From Candidatus Atabeyarchaeum deiterrae (GTDB taxonomy: Archaea; Asgardarchaeota; Atabeyarchaeia; Atabeyarchaeales; Atabeyarchaeaceae), in contig CP147780.1 of NCBI GenBank assembly GCA_037310415.1, forward strand, positions 1,248,001 to 1,312,000: a stretch of 64,000 nucleotides of DNA, written 5' to 3'. This document shows positions 56,944-64,000 of this stretch, in pieces (within the stretch, counting starts at the first letter, position 1; every line of letters starts with the position of its first letter). The notes below the pieces were generated by a model. It ran no database searches. It was given only the letters and a program-made list of their open reading frames with translations, and was not told the origin of the DNA. The position numbers and the translations under genes were made by a program.

Positions 56944-58326
56944 ATGGGCAAGACTCAAGTCGTTATAAAAGAAGTTCCCGTCGATCCGGACGACCACCTC
57001 ACTTTCATGAGTTATCTGAGTCAAGCGGTTGAAGATATTTTTGTGACCTTCGGCGGAGGGGGTCAAATGCTGAAGGCGAGTCGGGACGTGTATCTTAAAC
57101 CGAATGCAATTGACGCAAAGCGATATTGCTACACACGTCCTGAGGTTCTGGAGACAGTCATAGAGTACTTCTTCAAGGTGGGTGCTAGTGGCGTTTACGT
57201 GATTGAGAATTCAACTCAAGGGAATTACACTCGCTTGGTTTTTGAATCAAATGGGTATTCGGATATCTGTAAGCGGACAGGCGCAATTCCCGTCTTTCTG
57301 GATGAAGAACCGACGGAGCGCTTCGAATTTAAGGGGAAACCACATGCGAAGAAGAGTCCATCTGAAGGTTACGATCTCACAACCTTCGAGATGTCCCGCA
57401 CAGTAGTCGAGGAGCTGATCAAAAGGAAAAACGAGAATCTCTACGTGAATATCCCGAAGTTGAAGACCCACTCAATGGCTGGCGTAACTCTTGGAATAAA
57501 AAACCAGTGGGCATTTCCTCGTCACCAAGATCGTAAATCTGATCACAACTACAACTTACACTCTAAACTGGTTGATGTCTTGGGTTTTATCCAGCCTGAT
57601 TTCACGTTGATAGATGGAATTGAGGGAACTATATATGGTCATTATCCACCTACCGCAATTGCAGACAAATGCGTCAAGCCTTTCCGAATACTTATCGGGG
57701 GAAGGGACGTTCTAGCGACTGACTTGGTTGGTGCTCGCGTTTTTGGTTTGACACCCGATGACGTGCCTCACCTGAAGATCGCTATCGAGCGCCGAATTGG
57801 AGTTGGAGTTGAAGGAGTCGAGGACATCGACATCATCGGAGATCTGTCGAAATTCAAAGAGAAGTATTCCACTGATCTGTATCCTGAGTTTCCTCCCGAT
57901 GTCGAGATAATTCAAGGGACGAAATTGGCCTGTCGTGAAGGTTGCAAGAATAACCCTCTCGCTGTACTTCAAGTTCTGTACTTAGACTATGAAGGCAGAG
58001 GTGGGTTCGAACTAGTCATCGGAAAGGGGCACAACCCAGAGTTGATCGATCAACTTAAAGGACCAGTTCTGGTTGCAGGTCATTGTGCGATCGAGGAAGT
58101 CGGAGAGAGACTGCAGCAAAGGCTTGGTAAAAGCAATGTGTATTTCAGTGATGGCTGCAACAACTTGGCCCAAACAGTGGGTGCACTATTCGCCCTCACG
58201 AGGGTGAGCCCTCAAAAATTGGTGCCTCTAACGACGGAGAGGGCAACGGCAATAATACTCGAAGCAATTAAACATGGCTCTCATGGTAGCGCACCAAACG
58301 TATGCACGTCGATTCCAAGAAAATGA
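56944..58326 (+). CDS. DUF362 domain protein with C-terminal Cys-containing domain
   Basis: VYLKPN, T.PEV, NIPKLKTH..AGVTLGIKN, IDG, D.LA.D; ACREGC..., GHC, DGC. Confidence 0.82.
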   Translation: MGKTQVVIKEVPVDPDDHLTFMSYLSQAVEDIFVTFGGGGQMLKASRDVYLKPNAIDAKRYCYTRPEVLETVIEYFFKVGASGVYVIENSTQGNYTRLVFESNGYSDICKRTGAIPVFLDEEPTERFEFKGKPHAKKSPSEGYDLTTFEMSRTVVEELIKRKNENLYVNIPKLKTHSMAGVTLGIKNQWAFPRHQDRKSDHNYNLHSKLVDVLGFIQPDFTLIDGIEGTIYGHYPPTAIADKCVKPFRILIGGRDVLATDLVGARVFGLTPDDVPHLKIAIERRIGVGVEGVEDIDIIGDLSKFKEKYSTDLYPEFPPDVEIIQGTKLACREGCKNNPLAVLQVLYLDYEGRGGFELVIGKGHNPELIDQLKGPVLVAGHCAIEEVGERLQQRLGKSNVYFSDGCNNLAQTVGALFALTRVSPQKLVPLTTERATAIILEAIKHGSHGSAPNVCTSIPRK

Positions 58327-58540
58327 GAAGAGTCAAGATCTGCTCTGTGTCACTTCTTTTGGATCATTGCGGTAATCTGAAACGGCAATTTAGGATATCA
58401 TTATAAGCCACCTGATTTGTAGGGTAAGAGCAATTGTAGGACGGAGGGATAGTCGAGAATGCCATCAATATTGAAACAAGTTTTCTCACGAAAAATGACT
58501 GCAATCTTCGGAATCTTAGGCCCCATGACAACTTATGCCT

Positions 58541-59545
58541 TTATAACGATGGCAATATTCCTCCCAGAAAAATCTTGTAAACCAGAAGAACAAGAGACAT
58601 TAAAACAAGCGATTGAGTGACTATCGTAATCCACTTTGGATTGCTAGCTGCCAAATCCGTGATCTCGTTTGCAAGTGAGCTTTTCTCGTTGGAAGCAAAC
58701 TTCTTCGAAAGAGAATAAAGCTTCTTGTATTGTCTCAGAACGTAGGCGTCAGCAAGTACTATGGCGAGCAGGAAGACGTTCAAGATCGGATAGGACCCGT
58801 TGAACAGTACCCAGAAGAAAGCGGCTCCACAGAGTACGCCTCCTATACAAAGTAGCACCATGCTAAGAGCAGATGCTTTCACAAGACCCAACCGAACAGT
58901 CATTGTTCTGACTTTCATTGCGCTATCCCCGAAGTAGTCTCGAATCTCAGTCGGTATGATCACGCTGTACACCGTCAAGGCCTGTCCCGACAGGAAAATG
59001 ATGAATAAGAGGTTCACCTGAGGTGCGAATGTGTAGAATACGAACAGCATCGGGATGATAGAAAGGACTAAGATGATGGCGATCATCTGTAGCCAAGATC
59101 TTTTCTTTAACCTTATGGGCGGCATGGAGTAAGCATAGGCGAGAAAAACGCCTACTGCCCACAGAATTGCCAAAGTCAGCGTCCCCTCGAATTGGTACAA
59201 CAGGTATAGCGGAATTAGACTCAGTAGGAATTCGGCAACTATGAATGCTTTGATTTTTCTGCGTCCTACCCTATCCACGGCTCGGACGAGGTGTTCTTTC
59301 CGCTTATCCTTCAGATCTAGCTTGTAGTCTGACAGGGTATTCAGTTGGGCTCCATAAGCTGAAATAAGGTAGATTGTGAGAAAACATAGAACTACCAGGA
59401 TTCCTAACCGCAAATAGTCTATAGGCAGACTGACAGCCCAGGAAAGCCCCAAGAAAAGCGAACCCAAGTTTGCTGGAATAAACTCTGGTCTGGACACTGT
59501 GAATATTGATCCCTTCTTCTCGGGCATTTTTGGGTCAACTCTCAA
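58541..59545 (-). CDS. UbiA family prenyltransferase
   Basis: SRP, NTLSDYKLD (NxxxDxxxD), YSMPPIRLK, RDYFGD....RT; multiple TM helices. Confidence 0.85.
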   Translation of the reverse strand: MRVDPKMPEKKGSIFTVSRPEFIPANLGSLFLGLSWAVSLPIDYLRLGILVVLCFLTIYLISAYGAQLNTLSDYKLDLKDKRKEHLVRAVDRVGRRKIKAFIVAEFLLSLIPLYLLYQFEGTLTLAILWAVGVFLAYAYSMPPIRLKKRSWLQMIAIILVLSIIPMLFVFYTFAPQVNLLFIIFLSGQALTVYSVIIPTEIRDYFGDSAMKVRTMTVRLGLVKASALSMVLLCIGGVLCGAAFFWVLFNGSYPILNVFLLAIVLADAYVLRQYKKLYSLSKKFASNEKSSLANEITDLAASNPKWITIVTQSLVLMSLVLLVYKIFLGGILPSL

Positions 59546-59787
59546 CTTCAGATATCAGGAAGTGAATTAAAAAGGCTTTTGTGTTCCAGTTTTATGAGGT
59601 TAGGTGAGCATTCGCACAATTTGCTCTTTCCGGTTGCTCAGATTAATGAGTGAAGTTCTTCCATGAAGATGACTTACTTTCTAACGCGGGATGCTATTTT
59701 GGATCTCTACAAACATATCACCTGTGTTTAGCTTAGAAAGGTTAAATAGCGCAAAGCGTAGTAAAATCTGGCACAGGTGCGAGATAA

Positions 59788-60825
59788 ATGGCAGGTTACT
59801 CCATCGGCGACTACATTTTCAGAGTTGATGACTTCTTCCCCAAGAGTCTCTTTGCCGGCATAACAGATGCTAGGGTGCACCGAACCAACATAATATCTGA
59901 GGAAAGCAAGAGAAGAGTAAGAAGAGCCAACCTTACAAAGGACGGGAGATTGACAATACTTGCTGCTGACCATCCTGCGAGAATGGTTACACAGGTTGGC
60001 GAAAACCCAGTGGCAATGGGGGACAGGTACGAACTTCTCGGACGGATACTAAGAGTGATAACAGATGAGGAATTTGACGGCGTGATGAGTACCCCTGACA
60101 TCATTGAGGAGTTACTAATCATTAATCACCTTATAAAGGAGGCCGGAGGCAGGAGCTTCCTTGACAATAAGGTCATCCTGGGATGCATGAATCGTGGAGG
60201 CTTGAGCGGCACAGCATTTGAGATGGATGATCGTATGACTGCCTATACTGCAGAGAGTATTCGAAGAACGAGGATCGATGCAGCCAAGATAATGGTCAGA
60301 TTAGAAACCAGCGAAAAGGAAAGTGGAAACACAATAGGATACTGTGTTGAAGCCATAAACCGGCTAAACGATCTTGGAATCCCGGTGTTTATAGAACCAT
60401 TGCCGGTGAAAAAGGAAGATAAGAAGTACAAGATGCTGAAAAACACAGAATCTTTGATTCAAGTTATTGGAGTCGCCACAGGTTTAGGCTACTCTTCTGC
60501 CAACTGTTGGCTTAAGATACCGTACTGCGAGAGCTTTGATAGGGTCGCTAGGGCAACGACTTGCCCGATTCTTCTGCTGGGTGGCGAAGCAACTGGAGAC
60601 CCCACTGATATATTAAAACAGTTTGTGGAAGGAATGAAGGCAGCCAAGAATGTTAGAGGTGCGCTTGTTGGAAGGAACGTTATATACCCGGGCAAAGACG
60701 ATCCGCTAGCTGTTGCTTCGGCAGTGAGTGGCATTGTTCACAAAGATTTCACCGTCGACGACGCCATTGAACATATCACCAAGACACGAGGAAAGAACAT
60801 GGATCTGCTGAGTGGGCTCTTCTAG
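59788..60825 (+). CDS. Class I aldolase-like TIM barrel (Cgl0159-like)
   Basis: LAADHPAR, MNRGGL.G..FEMDDR, IEPL, WLKIPY, LLLGG, VGRN. Confidence 0.8.
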   Translation: MAGYSIGDYIFRVDDFFPKSLFAGITDARVHRTNIISEESKRRVRRANLTKDGRLTILAADHPARMVTQVGENPVAMGDRYELLGRILRVITDEEFDGVMSTPDIIEELLIINHLIKEAGGRSFLDNKVILGCMNRGGLSGTAFEMDDRMTAYTAESIRRTRIDAAKIMVRLETSEKESGNTIGYCVEAINRLNDLGIPVFIEPLPVKKEDKKYKMLKNTESLIQVIGVATGLGYSSANCWLKIPYCESFDRVARATTCPILLLGGEATGDPTDILKQFVEGMKAAKNVRGALVGRNVIYPGKDDPLAVASAVSGIVHKDFTVDDAIEHITKTRGKNMDLLSGLF

Positions 60826-60876
60826 CTTGTGTATTTAATTTGGCTTGATCAATAGAAAGGTGGTTGAGGATCGAAT

Positions 60877-62106
60877 ATGGTTGAGAAACTCAAGGGGAAA
60901 CTTGTTGTAGGACAATCAGGTGGTCCGACTGCGGTGATTAACAGCAGTCTAGCAGGAGTTATCGAGGAAGCCAAGCGACATTCTGAGATCAATGGGGTCT
61001 ACGGGATGCTGAATGGCATAGAAGGAATTCTGAATGAGCGCCTCATCGACTTGAGACAGGAGTCTCCATCAACGATTAAGAAGTTGACTTCTACCCCGTC
61101 AGCCGCGCTTGGCTCATGCAGGCACAAGTTGGTAGTTGACAATTATGCCAAGATCGTGAGTGTGTTGAGAGCTCACGACATCCATTACTTCTTCTATATT
61201 GGCGGAAATGACTCAATGGATACAAGTCTAAGGATATCTCAACTGGCCCAGAAAGAAGGTTATGACCTTAGGGTGATTGGCGTTCCAAAGACAATAGACA
61301 ACGATCTTGAGGCAACTGATCACTGCCCCGGTTACGGAAGCGTTGCTAGGTGGGTTGCCATATCGACCATGGAAGCGGGACTAGATAGCGTGGCAATGAT
61401 AACGTTCGACAAGATCAAAGTAATCGAGACCATGGGACGTTACGCAGGTTGGATCACAGCAGCATCAGCTTTAGGCAGGAGGTCTGAGGATGATCCACCG
61501 CACCTGATCTATGTTCCAGAAATCCCATTTAGCCGCGAAAAGTTTATTGCTGACGTCAAGGAGGTCTATGATCGACTTGGCTTCTGTTTCGTAGTAGCAT
61601 GTGAAGGATTGAAGGATGAGAACGGCAAGCCCCTCGTAGCATCCAGGAAGGGACTCGATTTGGACGCTTTTGGCCACGAACAATTCGGCGGTATTGCCGA
61701 CTACCTCTCCCAACTCGCCTCTAGCAAACTGAATTTGAAAGGACGTTTTGATAAGCCAGGTACTCTACAGCGGGTGTCAATGACAACTGCATCAAAAGTG
61801 GATTTGGAGGAAGCATACTCAGTCGGAGAGGCAGCTGTGAGACAAGCGGTGAGTAACCAAGAAAATGACAAAATGATCACCTTGATCAGAAAACCCGGCA
61901 GAGTTTACCAGTCAACAACTGGTTTAGTCGAACTGGAGAAAGTTGCCAATGCCACCAAGTTTTTGCCGAGAAACTTCATCAACAACGATGGAAATGGTGT
62001 TACAGAAGAGTTTCAGAAATATGCCATGCCTTTGGTAGGTGACCCCCTGCCAGAATACGTTATCCTTAAGAAGGTGCTCATCCAAAAGAAGTTGACAACC
62101 TCATAA
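60877..62106 (+). CDS. pfp: 6-phosphofructokinase (PfkA superfamily), probably PPi-dependent
   Basis: GQSGGPT, GGNDS, PKTIDND, ETMGR; the Asp and Lys at these positions favour PPi. Confidence 0.85.
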   Translation: MVEKLKGKLVVGQSGGPTAVINSSLAGVIEEAKRHSEINGVYGMLNGIEGILNERLIDLRQESPSTIKKLTSTPSAALGSCRHKLVVDNYAKIVSVLRAHDIHYFFYIGGNDSMDTSLRISQLAQKEGYDLRVIGVPKTIDNDLEATDHCPGYGSVARWVAISTMEAGLDSVAMITFDKIKVIETMGRYAGWITAASALGRRSEDDPPHLIYVPEIPFSREKFIADVKEVYDRLGFCFVVACEGLKDENGKPLVASRKGLDLDAFGHEQFGGIADYLSQLASSKLNLKGRFDKPGTLQRVSMTTASKVDLEEAYSVGEAAVRQAVSNQENDKMITLIRKPGRVYQSTTGLVELEKVANATKFLPRNFINNDGNGVTEEFQKYAMPLVGDPLPEYVILKKVLIQKKLTTS

Positions 62107-62164
62107 AGATGACAGACAGCTTCAATAAGCAAAGAGTACTCGAAAAAGGAGGCGCGAACTAGCA

Positions 62165-62827
62165 ATGGCTTCTTTTTTAAAACGTTTGTCTCAGCCAAAC
62201 GTGGCTGCACTATGTGGTTTCACAGGTCCCTTCTTCGCTTTTCTATGCATAATGATAGCAATCTTGGTTTCACCGTGGTTTACCTGGCAAGGTAATGCTT
62301 TGAGTGACTTGGGACACCCTTCAAGATATGCTGAGTCTCCCTTGTCATCATTTGTCTTTAATTATGGTCTCATCATAGCTGGCATAATAACGCTATTCTT
62401 CGTATTTGGACTTTGGACGAAGGTCAAATCGATTCTTGCACGCATATCCACAGTGATATTGCTTGTTGCTGACATAGCCCTAATTTGCATCGGGGTTTTT
62501 CCTGAAACCATGCCGCCTTGGCACTTTATATTCTCGGTGATGCTGTTCGCATCAGCAGCACTGTCCATACTCTTCTTCGCTGCAGCCTTGATGGTTCATC
62601 GACCAACAAGGAGGATTGGTCTGCTTTCCCTCATAATAGGTTTCATTGCAGCAATCCCATGGATACTAGTCCTCGTATTCGGTGCCATCGATGGAATCCC
62701 TGTGTTTCTTAACTATTGGCAGCATGCTGCAGTACCTGAGACCATCTCGGCAGTAGCAGCGTATGTTTGGATATTGTTCATGAGCACTAAGTTAACTGGC
62801 GACACTGATATCATACCCCGAAAGTGA
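62165..62827 (+). CDS. DUF998 family membrane protein
   Basis: SPWFTW..NALSDLG, FN.GLI, IGVFPE...H, PE. Confidence 0.8.
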   Translation: MASFLKRLSQPNVAALCGFTGPFFAFLCIMIAILVSPWFTWQGNALSDLGHPSRYAESPLSSFVFNYGLIIAGIITLFFVFGLWTKVKSILARISTVILLVADIALICIGVFPETMPPWHFIFSVMLFASAALSILFFAAALMVHRPTRRIGLLSLIIGFIAAIPWILVLVFGAIDGIPVFLNYWQHAAVPETISAVAAYVWILFMSTKLTGDTDIIPRK

Positions 62828-62899
62828 ACCACCTGAATACGGAATCATGAAACGGATGGAAGGTAGAGGAGCAGGCAAGAAAGGAGGGATAAAATAGCA

Positions 62900-63514
62900 A
62901 TGGCATCAGTTTTGGGACGCATCTTTGGATCGAAACCGACTGCAATATGTGGTATTCTTGGCCAGTTGTTGGTTTTCATTGCCATTGGTATAGCGATCTC
63001 AGTCTCCCCATGGTTCACATGGACAGGCAACGCGTTAAGCAATTTGGGTGACCTAAACAATCCTATCTCCGCACCAATCTTCAACGTTGGACTCATAATC
63101 GGCGGAATAATAACCGTTTTATTCACTCTTGGGCTTGCATGGAATGCAAGAACTCATGCTCTGGCTCTCATAGGGGCAATCGCACTCTTGTTCGCAGGCG
63201 TAGGTTCAGTCGGAGTCGGGATATTTCCGGAGAATTTCATAATGCCACACGTCATATCTGCGGTACTGATCTTTGTAGGAGTCATTGTGGGGTTGCTGTT
63301 ATTCGGGTTTGCCTTAATCCTTCGAAGATCCACGAGGATACTTGGTGTTCTCTCTATCATACTAGGTTTGATCGCAATGTTGATCTGGTTCCTTCCATGG
63401 CAAGGCATGGGTGTAGCAATACCTGAAACAGTCGCAGCGGTCGCGGGATATATATTGAGTCTAATAATGAGTGCCAGGTTGTTGGCTGGTAAGGAAGTAA
63501 TACCTAAGAAGTAA
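62900..63514 (+). CDS. DUF998 family membrane protein (tandem paralogue)
   Basis: SPWFTW..NALSNLG, FNVGLI, VGIFPE...H, PE. Confidence 0.8.
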   Translation: MASVLGRIFGSKPTAICGILGQLLVFIAIGIAISVSPWFTWTGNALSNLGDLNNPISAPIFNVGLIIGGIITVLFTLGLAWNARTHALALIGAIALLFAGVGSVGVGIFPENFIMPHVISAVLIFVGVIVGLLLFGFALILRRSTRILGVLSIILGLIAMLIWFLPWQGMGVAIPETVAAVAGYILSLIMSARLLAGKEVIPKK

Positions 63515-63718
63515 TACGATGACCTGGGAATTTCAGTCTCATGGGAGCGAGACTAGCAATAGTCTCGTCCAGTCTTTTTCGAGTTTTGCAGACAAAACTT
63601 CTTATAATAGTTTTAAGATGAGTTCTTACACGTTACTGACGTCAGCACAGAAATCTATTCAAGGATTCTGTCAGACTGACGTCGAGCGAATCATCATGAT
63701 TATCGAGAGGAGTCTCCT

Positions 63719-64000
63719 ATGAGCGACATATGCGTAGTCGGAGATAGTGGCCTCGTGTTCACAATTGCCAACGAGTTAGCTGCCGAATCCATCAAAATTG
63801 ACAACAGAGTATTTCCTGACGGTGAGCTCCAGCCTAGGATACTCCTGAGACGAATCGAGGACATCAAGGGCAATAATGTGGTAGCTGTTTTTCAGAAATT
63901 GGAAAGCGAAAATGTCAACAACTACGTTTTGAGAAGCTTCATTACGCTATCGACCTTGACTAGATATGGCGCGAAGAGACTGATTGCGGTGTTTCCATAT
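63719..64000 (+). CDS. prs: Ribose-phosphate pyrophosphokinase N-terminus (3' partial; not in ORF track)
   Basis: Hand translation MSDICVVG...RVFPDGELQPRI...GAKRLIAVFPY; SD GAGGAG. Confidence 0.75.
   Translation, partial: MSDICVVGDSGLVFTIANELAAESIKIDNRVFPDGELQPRILLRRIEDIKGNNVVAVFQKLESENVNNYVLRSFITLSTLTRYGAKRLIAVFPY

Noticed and set aside
1-64000. CRISPR arrays, tRNA/rRNA genes, IS elements or integrases
   Set aside because: No regularly spaced repeats, cloverleaf-like sequence, transposase or recombinase motifs were seen by eye; tRNAscan/Infernal were not run

Overview
Gene-dense archaeal chromosome segment. GGAGG/GGTGA Shine-Dalgarno sites, archaeal-type enzymes and a Rab-like small GTPase point to an Asgard lineage, which is an inference. 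No rRNA, tRNA, CRISPR array or transposase was recognised by eye. Layout: (1) 1-12.9 kb, a copper island with three P1B ATPases, YHS/TRASH micro-proteins, a PadR-TRASH regulator with repeated GATATATC boxes, and larE; (2) 13.1-17.2 kb, two convergent methyltransferases with no nuclease; (3) 17.4-24.7 kb, two gdhA paralogues bracketing Lrp regulators and a stand-alone FMN glutamate-synthase-like protein; (4) 25-37 kb, mixed catabolic genes; (5) 37.5-45.5 kb, the best candidate for an undescribed system: a possible archaeal RiPP locus with a PqqD/RRE-M50 membrane peptidase, a cobalamin-dependent radical SAM enzyme resembling peptide C-methyltransferases, and an unannotated 33-aa cationic ORF next to it; (6) 45.5-64 kb, larC/larB, an FAD/CCG oxidoreductase pair, a SerK-like protein, the Rab-like GTPase and sugar/sugar-acid catabolism genes. 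All family calls come from motif recognition by eye; no database searches were run.
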